Below the pieces are notes generated by a model that was given only the letters and a program-made list of their open reading frames with translations, ran no database searches and was not told where the DNA came from. From contig JBMNJT010000002.1 of assembly GCA_050951805.1 (NCBI GenBank), forward strand, positions 512,001 to 576,000: DNA of 64,000 nt. The letters are read 5' to 3'. Numbering within the stretch: the first letter of the stretch is position 1; each line of letters opens with the position of its first letter. The position numbers and the translations under genes were made by a program. Source of the stretch: Bacillota bacterium. GTDB taxonomy: Bacteria > Bacillota > DTU025. Below are positions 40,959 to 50,721 of the stretch, piece by piece.

Positions 40959-42392
40959 GTGATATCTACTTTGGACTTTGCTAAGCCTTTAGTAAACCAG
41001 GCGCTTGGATATCTACAGGCAGACCCCGTAGGCAATCTGCCGAAGGCGCTTGCGATTGCGGAAAAACTGGCGTCCCAGGAGAATCACAAGCAACAGGTCC
41101 GAGAAGTCGGTAAGGCTATTCTTGACCCAGATAGCAACTGGCGTGAGCTTGCTATTCGCCTGCTAACGGAGACCCATCCCAATATAATGAAGGGTATTGG
41201 AGTTAATTTCTTCGTCAACTCTGCGCTCGTTGGAGTGCCGACACAGTATGATCTCGCAGAAGAACTGGGCGTACAGGTTCCTTACGCGATACTCATGGAC
41301 CCCACGGAAAAGTGTAATCTCAGGTGTACAGGGTGCTGGGCTGGCGACTACCAGCGCGTCCGTGAACTCCCGTTTGAGACCATGGATAGGGTATGCACCG
41401 AAGCTGAGGAATTAGGCATTTACCTTATAGTAGTATCCGGCGGGGAACCCATGGTTGCCAAGGATAAACTGATCCGTCTGGCTGAAAAGCATCCGAATCA
41501 GCTGTTTCATCCGTTCACCAATGGCACGCTGTTCGACGAGGAATTCGTCTCCGAAATGATCAGACTGGGCAACATTGCTCCCGCTATTTCCGTGGAAGGT
41601 CTCGAGGAGCAGACAGACGCAAGGCGAGGAAAGGGCGTCTATCAGAAGATAATGAACACCATGGATCTGCTGCGCGAAGCCGGATGTGTATTCGGATTCT
41701 CCGCATGCTATGCCCGCAACAACACAGAGATAATCGCCAGCGATGAGTTCATAGATACCATGATCGATAAGGGTTGCTCGTTTGGATGGTTCTTCACGTA
41801 CGTTCCTGTTGGATCCGACCCTAACCTCGATCTGATGGCAACTCCCGATCAGCGTGCTCTGATGTATGACACAGTACGTCAGTGGCGTTTCACGAAGCCG
41901 ATCTTCATGGTTGACTTCTGGAACGACGGCGAGTTCGCGCTCGGATGCATAGCGGGTGGCAGGCGCTATCTGCATATCAACGCAAATGGCGACGTTGAGC
42001 CGTGTGCATTCATTCACTATGCCGTTGATAACATAAACGAGAAGCCGCTTAAGGAGTGCCTGGCTTCGCCACTGATGAAGGCTTACCAGAAGCGGCAGCC
42101 GTTCAACGACAACATGCTGAGGCCGTGCCCGCTCATCGACAATCCTGAGAAGCTTGTCGAGATCGTGGAAGAGTCGGGTGCGCATTCCACACAGCTTGGA
42201 GAGCATCTTGTGGATCACAGAGAGCTTGCAGAGATGATCCAGGAAGGATACACCAAGCATTGGGCTCCGAAGGCTGATGAAATATGGAATGCGAATCCGC
42301 ATCCGTTTTTCGAGATGCAGAATAAGTACTACGAGGAAGAGCGGACTGAGGATAGGAAGAAGCAAAAAGAAATCCAGAGCAAACAGGGCTAA
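40959..42392 (+). CDS. Radical SAM protein with C-terminal SPASM/Twitch-like domain
   Basis: CNLRCTGC, SGGEP, GCIAGG.YLHINANGDVEPC, RPCP. Confidence 0.93.
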   Translation: MISTLDFAKPLVNQALGYLQADPVGNLPKALAIAEKLASQENHKQQVREVGKAILDPDSNWRELAIRLLTETHPNIMKGIGVNFFVNSALVGVPTQYDLAEELGVQVPYAILMDPTEKCNLRCTGCWAGDYQRVRELPFETMDRVCTEAEELGIYLIVVSGGEPMVAKDKLIRLAEKHPNQLFHPFTNGTLFDEEFVSEMIRLGNIAPAISVEGLEEQTDARRGKGVYQKIMNTMDLLREAGCVFGFSACYARNNTEIIASDEFIDTMIDKGCSFGWFFTYVPVGSDPNLDLMATPDQRALMYDTVRQWRFTKPIFMVDFWNDGEFALGCIAGGRRYLHINANGDVEPCAFIHYAVDNINEKPLKECLASPLMKAYQKRQPFNDNMLRPCPLIDNPEKLVEIVEESGAHSTQLGEHLVDHRELAEMIQEGYTKHWAPKADEIWNANPHPFFEMQNKYYEEERTEDRKKQKEIQSKQG

Positions 42393-42418
42393 ACAGTAAC
42401 CCAACAGAATAGCATTGA

Positions 42419-42446
42419 AAGCCCGCGTCTGAGACGCGGGCTTCTT
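42419..42446 (+). terminator. Intrinsic terminator
   Basis: AAGCCCGCGTC-TGA-GACGCGGGCTT. Confidence 0.75.
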
Positions 42447-42741
42447 GCCGCGTTACGTCTGTCTAATGAGGCCTCTCGCGAAGTCGGCGCCCTGTTTTCT
42501 GCATGGTTTTCCGTAGCGTTACTCCTTTCCGAGCAGAACCGGTTTGGTCAACGTTTGAAGAATACAGTAGCGCGCTCCAGCGTCTAATCCCGTCTTGACC
42601 TCGTAAAACTCTTGTATTTGAGGAGACTTGCTGCGGCTCTGAATAACGACATATGCTTCATGCACAATGAGGGCTATACGGTTCGGCAGCCCGATTCTGC
42701 AAGGGAGAGTCCGAGCAGTCCAGCGGGAATGGGACATGCCC

Positions 42742-43854
42742 TCAGACATCAGCTTTCTGATTGCTTGAAATGATCCCGCCGCCCACAAGCAAATCCCCGT
42801 CATAGAAAACAGCAGATTGTCCAGGAGTAATTGCCCGCTGAGGCTCGTTAAACTCTACGCGCACTCTCCCATTGGCTGCAGGAAATATTACTGCTTTGGC
42901 TGCCGGCGATCTATATCTTATTTTTGCCTGCACGTCCATCTTGTCGCTTAGTGTGTCGAAGGGGATGAAATTAGTGCTCTCAACCTCGAGCCAGCTGCTG
43001 TAGAGGCGTTCGACGGGGCCAACTATTATTGTGTTCGAGTCGGGTCGTATCTCCAATACGTAAAGAGGCCGATCGGCTGCGAGACTCAGTCCCTTCCTTT
43101 GGCCAACGGTATACATGGCTATGCCACGGTGCTCCCCTATAACGTGGCCCTCTGTGTCTACGATGGGACCGGGAGTCTGGAAGGAAGGATCATTTGATGC
43201 CAAGAACTCCCGATACTTGCCCGGGGGAAGAAAGCATATCTCCTGGCTTTCCGGTCGGTCTGCCGCTTCAAGGCCGATGGACTTGGCTATTTTGCGAACC
43301 TGGACCTTTTCGAGATCGCCGAGAGGAAAGACTGAACGCGCCAGCTGTTCCTGCCCGAGTCGATAGAGCATGTATGTCTGGTCTTTGCGAGAATCGGCCG
43401 GGCGGAGAAGCAGGTATCTTCCGGAAACCGCATCCTGTCGAAGCCTTGCGTAGTGTCCGGTAGCAACCATGTCAGCGCCGAGTTCTCTGGCCTTGTGATG
43501 CAATAGGTCGAACTTGATCAGCTGATTGCATATGACGCACGGGTTCGGGGTTGATCCGCCGGCATAGGCGCGGACGAAGTCCGCAACAACAGTCTTCTTG
43601 AATTCCTCGGACAGGTCTACAACGACATGATCGATGCCTAGCGATCGAGCGACCCGAGCTGCGGAATCTGCCGCCTCTTCGCCGAAGCTGTCCCCGCACG
43701 CATCTCCTTCGAAAGGGCCGGGCCAATGCCAGGTTGTCATCGTGATTCCTATCACCCTGTGTCCTTGGGCTACGAGGAGCGCGGCGGCGACTGACGAGTC
43801 TACGCCCCCGCTCATGGCAACTGCTATTGTCTGATTGTTGATATTCGGGCCCAT
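42742..43854 (-). CDS. mnmA: tRNA 2-thiouridine(34) synthase MnmA
   Basis: AMSGGVDSS, TPNPCV.CN, ATGHYA, KDQTY, SQEICF, TVGQRKG, TPGQSAVFY. Confidence 0.97.
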   Translation of the reverse strand: MGPNINNQTIAVAMSGGVDSSVAAALLVAQGHRVIGITMTTWHWPGPFEGDACGDSFGEEAADSAARVARSLGIDHVVVDLSEEFKKTVVADFVRAYAGGSTPNPCVICNQLIKFDLLHHKARELGADMVATGHYARLRQDAVSGRYLLLRPADSRKDQTYMLYRLGQEQLARSVFPLGDLEKVQVRKIAKSIGLEAADRPESQEICFLPPGKYREFLASNDPSFQTPGPIVDTEGHVIGEHRGIAMYTVGQRKGLSLAADRPLYVLEIRPDSNTIIVGPVERLYSSWLEVESTNFIPFDTLSDKMDVQAKIRYRSPAAKAVIFPAANGRVRVEFNEPQRAITPGQSAVFYDGDLLVGGGIISSNQKADV

Positions 43855-44171
43855 GGGCGCCCCTCCTCTTACCGCGTGAGTCCGCTGTGCTTCACAATTG
43901 TTCTGTTGTGCTTGCGGTTGCGTCAACCATGATTACTATAGCCCACTTTCGGGTCTGCGTGGAAGATTCGCTGTAGGGAACCTTGTTCCTGATGGTCATA
44001 TCTGATACTATTGGCTAGGGATATACAGGCAATGATATCTTAATATGGTTATACATTATACATAGCTATTGCATAATCCTTCGGCAAAGCACCCCATTAT
44101 TCACGAGGCCATGAAGCAGGCAGAGTCCAGCATGTTCAGAACAAAAGCTTCCGGATAGGAGTGATGCGCCG

Positions 44172-45389
44172 GTGTATACTGCGAGGATTTCGATTTCGGG
44201 CCATCTCATTGATTCGGGTTTGCTGTCGCGGCTTCTTGATGCCGTCTCCGATCTTGGGGGAAAGTTTGAGATCGTCGAGACTCAGTTCGGGCGGATGAAG
44301 GAAGAGGAGAGCTGCGCGACTATCGAGGTGGGTGCTGACACGTGCGAGGAGCTAGACAAAATCCTTGACAAGGCGAAGGAACTGGGGGCCACCGTCTTCG
44401 ACGGCGAACCCGTTCAGCTTGCCGTCGTCGAGCAGGACGGTGTTTGTCCTGATGAGTTCTATACTAGCACAAATATTGAGACTTACGTCAATATCGATGG
44501 GCAATGGGTTCCTGTGGACGATATAGAGATGGACTGCGCGATTGTTGTTGATGCTCAAAAACCGGCAGCTAGATGTTGCCCTCTAGCCGCAGTTTCCCGC
44601 GGTGAGTACGTGGTGGTTGGAAGCAGCGGGATAAGAGTAGCCTCAATGGCCTCGGCCAAAGAGACTGAGGTCTTCTCCTTCATGGGCAGCGATGTATCGA
44701 GCGAGCGGCCTAAGGCTCTGGTTGTGGAACAGATAGCCCGGGAGATGAAAGAGGTGCGGGCCCGTGGCGGAAAGATCCTAGTGGTGGCAGGTCCTGCAGT
44801 GATTCACACAGGCGCCGGTCCACATCTTGCCAGGCTAATTGATGCGGGTTACGTAAATGTCTTCTATGCCGGGAATGCAGTGGCTACGCACGATGTTGAA
44901 TGGGCTTTGCTCGGTACCTCCCTTGGGGTTTATCTCAAGGACGGGACATCCGCCCCTATGGGCCATACGCATCACCTAAGAGCGATCAACACTATTCGAA
45001 AGGCGGGCGGGTTGAGGCCTGCGGTGGAGAAGGGGATACTGACCAAGGGGGTAATGTACTCCCTAGTTACTAATGATGTTCCGTACATTTTGGCAGGTTC
45101 CATCAGAGATGACGGCCCGTTGCCGGACGTGATAACCGATTCTGTCAAAGCTCAGGACGCCATGAGGAAGAACTTGAAGGGTGTCGAAATTGCCCTGATG
45201 CTTTCGACCATGTTGCATGCAATCGCAACAGGGAATCTTCTCCCGGCCCGTGTTAAGACGGTATGTGTTGACATAAATCCTGCTACAGTCACCAAACTTG
45301 CCGACCGGGGTACTTTCCAGGCTATTGGGATAGTCAGTGACGTGGAGTGGTTCCTCAAGGAATTGGCCGGGCATCTTGCAGCGAATTAG
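44172..45389 (+). CDS. TIGR00300-family ornithine cyclodeaminase-like protein (LOR/SDH N-terminus)
   Basis: GHLIDS, EMDC, FSFM.S.VSSE.P, GPAVIHTG, GNAVATHD, GSIRDDGPLP, KLADRG. Confidence 0.88.
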   Translation: MYTARISISGHLIDSGLLSRLLDAVSDLGGKFEIVETQFGRMKEEESCATIEVGADTCEELDKILDKAKELGATVFDGEPVQLAVVEQDGVCPDEFYTSTNIETYVNIDGQWVPVDDIEMDCAIVVDAQKPAARCCPLAAVSRGEYVVVGSSGIRVASMASAKETEVFSFMGSDVSSERPKALVVEQIAREMKEVRARGGKILVVAGPAVIHTGAGPHLARLIDAGYVNVFYAGNAVATHDVEWALLGTSLGVYLKDGTSAPMGHTHHLRAINTIRKAGGLRPAVEKGILTKGVMYSLVTNDVPYILAGSIRDDGPLPDVITDSVKAQDAMRKNLKGVEIALMLSTMLHAIATGNLLPARVKTVCVDINPATVTKLADRGTFQAIGIVSDVEWFLKELAGHLAAN

Positions 45390-45523
45390 CCTTTAGCGCA
45401 CTGCTTGTGATGGTGTAACTTGGCTGCGCATGACAGGTCCGAAAACCCATATACATGTCATGCTGTTGCGACAGGATATTTGGCTCTGATGTAGAAAACT
45501 GCACAATGTGGGGGTGCCTTGGT

Positions 45524-46138
45524 ATGGAGGCCTTATTGCTTGTCGATCTGCAAAATGATTTCTTGCCGGGCGGTGCTCTGGGGGTGCTAGAGGGCGATCA
45601 GGTCATTCCTGTCGCCAATAGAGTACAGGAATACTTCGACATTGTTATAGCGACAGCCGATTGGCATCCGCCGGGTCATGGGAGTTTTGCCTCTTCACAT
45701 CCGGGATGCAAGGCAGGCGATGTTATTGAGCTTTCCGGCATGCCACAGGTCTTATGGCCTGACCATTGTGTGCAGCATACTGAAGGAGCTGAATTCTCTC
45801 CTCATCTGAACACTGGCAAGATCGATAAGGTAATCTATAAGGGAATGGATCCAGAAATAGACAGTTACAGTGGGTTCTTCGATAACGGAAGACGAAATGC
45901 TACTGGTCTCGAAACGTATCTTCGGGATCAGAAGGTAGACACGGTGTACGTTATGGGCTTGGCTACTGACTACTGTGTCAAATACACTGCTCTTGACGCC
46001 GTATCCTTGGGCTACAGAACCTGGCTCATTGAGGATGGGTGCAGGGGCGTGGAAGTTGCCGAAGGGGACGTGGAGCGCGCGTTGGCTGAGATGAAGGCAG
46101 CAGGTGTTCGCGTAGTGAAATCAGGAGATCTAGGTTAG
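45524..46138 (+). CDS. pncA: Nicotinamidase/pyrazinamidase
   Basis: VDLQNDF.PGGAL, DWHP..H.SF, LWPDHCVQ, KG....DSYSGF, GLATDYCV. Confidence 0.96.
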   Translation: MEALLLVDLQNDFLPGGALGVLEGDQVIPVANRVQEYFDIVIATADWHPPGHGSFASSHPGCKAGDVIELSGMPQVLWPDHCVQHTEGAEFSPHLNTGKIDKVIYKGMDPEIDSYSGFFDNGRRNATGLETYLRDQKVDTVYVMGLATDYCVKYTALDAVSLGYRTWLIEDGCRGVEVAEGDVERALAEMKAAGVRVVKSGDLG

Positions 46139-46228
46139 CCGCGGGAGTGACCTGGGGATAGCGTCCTGCAAACGCTGGAGCGTTATCTCATGATATACCA
46201 TAAATCATGGAACAGGGAGTGGCTACAG

Positions 46229-47404
46229 ATGAAATTCCAAGGTTTGGTTATCGGAGTCCCCACCGAGATCATGAAGGGGGAGCGGCGAGTAGCCGCGATG
46301 CCCGACACTGTCAAGAAGATGACAGCTGAAGGCGCAAAGGTACTGGTTCAGAAGGGCGCTGGAGAAGGTTCCTATTTCCACGATGAAGAGTACAGTGCAG
46401 CCGGGGCTGAGATCGTCGACAATGTAGAAGACCTCTTTGCTAGGGCCGACATCATTCTCAAGGTGAAAGAGCCGATTTTCAACGATGCCGTAGGCAAGCA
46501 TGAAGTGGATATGATGCACGAAGGCCAATGCATCATCACCTTCCTCCATCCTGCAGCTCCAGCCAATCACCAAATGGTTCAGGACATGGCCGCAAAAGGC
46601 GTTATATCCCTTACCCTTGACGGAATACCCAGGATCTCAAGGGCTCAGACCATGGATGCCCTCACCTCAATGAGCACGGTTGCCGGTTACAAGGCTTGCC
46701 TGATGGCAGCAAACAGGCTTCCCAAGTTCATGCCCATGGTGGGAACGGCAGTTGGCATGATCAAGCCGTCTACGGTGACCGTTATCGGAACGGGCATAGC
46801 GGGTCTGCAAGCGGTTGCCACGGCTAAGAGGTTGGGCGCTGTGGTCAACTCTATCGATATTAGGCCCGATGCCAATGAACAGGCAAAGAGCCTTGGAGCG
46901 AAGGTTGTCGATGTGGGCGTTCCATCTGAGATCGCCATTGCGCCTGGCGGATATGCGGCCAAGCTGCCCGACGAGTGGCTCGAAAAGGAGCGGGAGATAG
47001 TCAAGCCCGTAGTAATTGATTCCGACATAGTCATCACTGCAGCCCTGATCCCGGGCAAGCTCGCACCCGTGATCGTAACTGAAGAAATGGTCAAGGCTAT
47101 GAGGCCTGGCTCGGCGATTGTTGACATTGCGATCGACCAGGGCGGAAACGTGGAGATCACCCAGCCCGGCGAGGTCATAGAGAAATACGGCGTCAGTATC
47201 GATGGAACAAAGAATATTCCGGGAATGATGCCCACGGCCTCCACATGGATGTTCGCAAACAATATCTACAACTACACCGCAAACCTCGTCAAAGACGGCA
47301 AGATTGACCTGAATCTTGACGATGAGATCATCAAGTCTTCCTTGGTCACCCGTGACGGCCAGATTGTCCATGAAGGCGCTCGTGAAGCAATGAACATGAA
47401 ATAG
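46229..47404 (+). CDS. pntA: NAD(P) transhydrogenase alpha part 1 (domain I)
   Basis: GERRVA..P, PRISRAQ.MDAL.SM..VAGY, GTGIAG, TAALIPG..AP, DIAIDQGGN. Confidence 0.93.
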   Translation: MKFQGLVIGVPTEIMKGERRVAAMPDTVKKMTAEGAKVLVQKGAGEGSYFHDEEYSAAGAEIVDNVEDLFARADIILKVKEPIFNDAVGKHEVDMMHEGQCIITFLHPAAPANHQMVQDMAAKGVISLTLDGIPRISRAQTMDALTSMSTVAGYKACLMAANRLPKFMPMVGTAVGMIKPSTVTVIGTGIAGLQAVATAKRLGAVVNSIDIRPDANEQAKSLGAKVVDVGVPSEIAIAPGGYAAKLPDEWLEKEREIVKPVVIDSDIVITAALIPGKLAPVIVTEEMVKAMRPGSAIVDIAIDQGGNVEITQPGEVIEKYGVSIDGTKNIPGMMPTASTWMFANNIYNYTANLVKDGKIDLNLDDEIIKSSLVTRDGQIVHEGAREAMNMK

Positions 47405-47410
47405 GGAGTT

Positions 47411-47704
47411 GTGACGTCCGTGTCTGAACTGTCACTTATAATCCTCTTTGCCATCGCTACATTTGTTGGCTACAAGGTGATAAGCCAAGTTCCAAGCCTG
47501 CTTCACACGCCCCTCATGTCGGGCACAAATGCTCTTTCCGGGGTGACTGTGTTAGGCGCACTCAGCGCAACAGCGGCAGCCAAAGCCCAGGGAGCTTCGG
47601 CTGTAGGTGCAGTGCTCGGATGCGTAGCGATAATTATGGCGATGATCAACGTGGTCGGGGGCTTCTTGGTCACCGACAGGATGCTAAGGATGTTCAAAAA
47701 GTAG
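47411..47704 (+). CDS. NAD(P) transhydrogenase alpha part 2 (membrane)
   Basis: LHTPLMSGTNALSG, NVVGGF.VTDRML.MF. Confidence 0.95.
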   Translation: MTSVSELSLIILFAIATFVGYKVISQVPSLLHTPLMSGTNALSGVTVLGALSATAAAKAQGASAVGAVLGCVAIIMAMINVVGGFLVTDRMLRMFKK

Positions 47705-47739
47705 GGAGGGTTCAGCGGCACTGACCGCTGTATGATCTG

Positions 47740-50280
47740 ATGGATTGGAACGAAGCAATCTTTCTCGGTCTTAGCCTGGCAGACTTGCTAGGGCTGGTCT
47801 TCGTGGCAGGGACTGTCTGGGGCATCAGGCTGATGAGCTCCCCCGCTACCGCCGTTAGAGGCAACCTTATAGGCGCGGTGAGCATGACAGGTGCAATCAT
47901 AGTCACGTTGGTTGCAGAGGATATTGTCAGCGTACAGATTCTCTGGTTAGGGATGGCAGTTGGCGGTGCGCTAGGCTATATCCTTGCAGCAAGGGTGGCC
48001 ATGATCGAAATGCCTCAGATGGTCGCCCTACTAAATGGGTTTGGCGGAGGCAGCTCTGCCATTGTTTCACTCCTTACGTTGCTGGGCCCGGGGGCAATTG
48101 GGCCATTCGAAAAAGTAACCGCTATCCTCGGGCTTCTTGTCGGCGCGATAACGCTTTCCGGAAGCCTTATAGCCGCGGGGAAACTTGCAGGCAAGATAAA
48201 TCAAAGGCCAGTCATCTTCGAAAATCAGACATTTGTAAATGCTGTCGCCATCATCATCTCGGTGGCGGCGGGAGTTCGGGCTGTTCTGGCTCCAGCAGAT
48301 GCGGCCCTGTGGCCGAGCGTGATCGCACTTGTCGCGTCGCTTGCGTACGGGGTGCTCTTTACGATACGCGTTGGCGGGGCCGATATGCCGATTACTGTGT
48401 CGCTGCTTAACTCGCTTTCAGGTGTGGCGGCATCAGTTTCGGGGCTTGCTATTCGAAATCCCCTTCTTGTGGCAATAGGAGCAGTAGTAGGCGCTTCAGG
48501 CCTCATCCTTACACAGATAATGTGCAGAGCGATGAACAGGAGCCTTGGCCAGGTGCTTACGGGCAAGACCACTGTAGCGCATATCAAGGGGAGTGAGGCA
48601 AAACCGGTTTCAGCCCCTACAAAGGCTGCAGCTGGGGAGACCTCTGCTCAAGCAAGACTGGCGTCGAAGGCAGAAAAGCCCGAAAAGGCTGACTACATCT
48701 CTATTGCAAAGGCGGCTAAGAAGGTAATCGTGGTTCCCGGGTATGGCATGGCGCTAGCTCAAGCGCAGGGCGACGTGAAGGCCCTCATGGATAAACTGGA
48801 GGCCGGCGGGGCAGACGTCAAAGTGGCAATCCACCCAGTGGCGGGCCGGATGCCGGGGCACATGAATGTGCTTTTGGCAGAGGTCGATGTTCCATACGAC
48901 AAGCTATACGAGATGGACCAGATCAACGACGAGTTTGCCGAGACGGATCTGGTGATCGTGGTCGGAGCGAACGACGTTATCAACCCGGCGGCAAATACCG
49001 CGGAAGGAACGCCCATCTACGGGATGCCTATTCTCAACGTATACCAGGCAAAGCACACTGTAATATTCAATTACGACACCAAGCCCGGATACGCAGGGGT
49101 CGATAACCCGCTGTATGAGGCGGACAATGTGACGCTGGTCCTTGGGGATGCGGCGAGCACGGTAAAGGAGTTCATGGCGGAGCTCGATGCAAGCGGGGCT
49201 GCTGCTGAGTCGCAACTGTCGCCGGGCAGAGTTGATTGTCTTGACATGGCCAGGGCCGCAAAGAAGGTCATCGTAGTGCCCGGGTATGGCATGGCGATAG
49301 CTCAGGCGCAGCGCGACGTGAAGGCCCTCATGGATAAATTGGAGGCCGGCGGCGCAGATGTCAAGGTGGCGATCCACCCAGTGGCGGGCCGGATGCCGGG
49401 GCACATGAATGTGCTTTTGGCGGAAGCTGACGTCTCATACGACAAGCTATACGAGATGGACCAGATCAACGACGAGTTTGCCGAGACGGATCTGGTGATT
49501 GTGGTCGGAGCGAACGACGTTATCAACCCGGCGGCAAATACCGCGGAAGGAACGCCCATCTACGGGATGCCCATTCTCAACGTATACCAGGCAAAGCACA
49601 CTGTAATATTCAATTACGACACCAAGCCCGGATACGCAGGGGTCGATAACCCGCTGTATGAGGCGGACAATGTGACGCTGGTCCTTGGGGATGCGGCGAG
49701 CACGGTAAAGGAGTTCATGGCGGAGCTCGATGCAAGCGGGGCTGCTGCTGAGTCGCAACTGTCGCCGGGCAAAGTTGATTGTCTTGACATAGCCAGGGCC
49801 GCAAAGAAGGTCATCGTAGTGCCCGGGTATGGCATGGCGATAGCTCAGGCGCAGCGCGACGTGAAGGCCCTCATGGATAAATTGGAGGCCGACGGCGCAG
49901 ATGTCAAGGTGGCGATCCACCCAGTGGCGGGCCGGATGCCGGGGCACATGAATGTGCTTTTAGCGGAAGCTGACGTCTCATACGACAAGCTATACGAGAT
50001 GGACCAGATCAACGACGAGTTTGCCGAGACGGATCTGGTGATCGTGGTCGGAGCGAACGACGTTATCAACCCGGCGGCAAATACCGCGGAAGGAACGCCC
50101 ATCTACGGGATGCCCATTCTCAACGTATACCAGGCAAAGCACACTGTAATATTCAACTACGATACCAAGCCCGGATACGCAGGGGTCGATAACCCGCTGT
50201 ATGAGGCGGACAATGTGACGCTGGTCCTTGGGGATGCGGCGAGCACAGTAAAGGAGTTCATGGCGAAGCTCGGACTTTAG
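47740..50280 (+). CDS. pntB: NAD(P) transhydrogenase beta subunit with three tandem domain III copies
   Basis: Membrane domain (MPQMVALLNG, GGADMP, MCRAMNRS) followed by three copies of VPGYGMA...HPVAGRMPGHMNVLLAE...GANDVINPAA...GYAGVDNPL. Confidence 0.95.
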   Translation: MDWNEAIFLGLSLADLLGLVFVAGTVWGIRLMSSPATAVRGNLIGAVSMTGAIIVTLVAEDIVSVQILWLGMAVGGALGYILAARVAMIEMPQMVALLNGFGGGSSAIVSLLTLLGPGAIGPFEKVTAILGLLVGAITLSGSLIAAGKLAGKINQRPVIFENQTFVNAVAIIISVAAGVRAVLAPADAALWPSVIALVASLAYGVLFTIRVGGADMPITVSLLNSLSGVAASVSGLAIRNPLLVAIGAVVGASGLILTQIMCRAMNRSLGQVLTGKTTVAHIKGSEAKPVSAPTKAAAGETSAQARLASKAEKPEKADYISIAKAAKKVIVVPGYGMALAQAQGDVKALMDKLEAGGADVKVAIHPVAGRMPGHMNVLLAEVDVPYDKLYEMDQINDEFAETDLVIVVGANDVINPAANTAEGTPIYGMPILNVYQAKHTVIFNYDTKPGYAGVDNPLYEADNVTLVLGDAASTVKEFMAELDASGAAAESQLSPGRVDCLDMARAAKKVIVVPGYGMAIAQAQRDVKALMDKLEAGGADVKVAIHPVAGRMPGHMNVLLAEADVSYDKLYEMDQINDEFAETDLVIVVGANDVINPAANTAEGTPIYGMPILNVYQAKHTVIFNYDTKPGYAGVDNPLYEADNVTLVLGDAASTVKEFMAELDASGAAAESQLSPGKVDCLDIARAAKKVIVVPGYGMAIAQAQRDVKALMDKLEADGADVKVAIHPVAGRMPGHMNVLLAEADVSYDKLYEMDQINDEFAETDLVIVVGANDVINPAANTAEGTPIYGMPILNVYQAKHTVIFNYDTKPGYAGVDNPLYEADNVTLVLGDAASTVKEFMAKLGL
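48691..50270 (+). repeat. Three in-frame tandem repeats with a 543-bp period
   Basis: Units start at 48691, 49234 and 49777; the antisense ORFs recur at 543-bp intervals (48759, 49302, 49845). Confidence 0.97.
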
Positions 50281-50323
50281 CCGAACTCCATGGCGGGATA
50301 GTGTTTCCACATTAGATAGCTGC

Positions 50324-50366
50324 AAACCCTTCGCCCGGCGGAAGCCGGAGCGGAGGGTTTCATTTC
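50324..50366 (+). terminator. Intrinsic terminator after pntB
   Basis: AAACCCTTCGC..CCGGC-GGAA-GCCGG..GCGGAGGGTTT followed by CATTT. Confidence 0.65.
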
Positions 50367-50721
50367 TCGCTGCTATGACATTATTGTTCCCGCAGGGGAA
50401 CCGATCGGCTTAGGTAAAGGAATGTGTTAGGATCCCAACCCCCGCCTTATGAAGCAGGCAGTCAAGCCCTAATGCTAGTTTCGTCAGTGGCGCCGAAGAC
50501 CTAGGGTTGGCAGACTCATGTCCGTATTCCCTACGCCCTCATCTAGGAAATTGACCAGCATGATTCCGATCCGTATTTTCGGACGCTTGGCGGGCCAGGA
50601 CAGACTCAAATGGCTGAAATGGTCGTCAGTTTGAACAGTAGAGCTGGAGCGAAGGCTATTGGTGATGACAATTGGGCGTGCAATAACACGCTATGTGAGA
50701 AACACGGCCTGGCTGGGCAAG

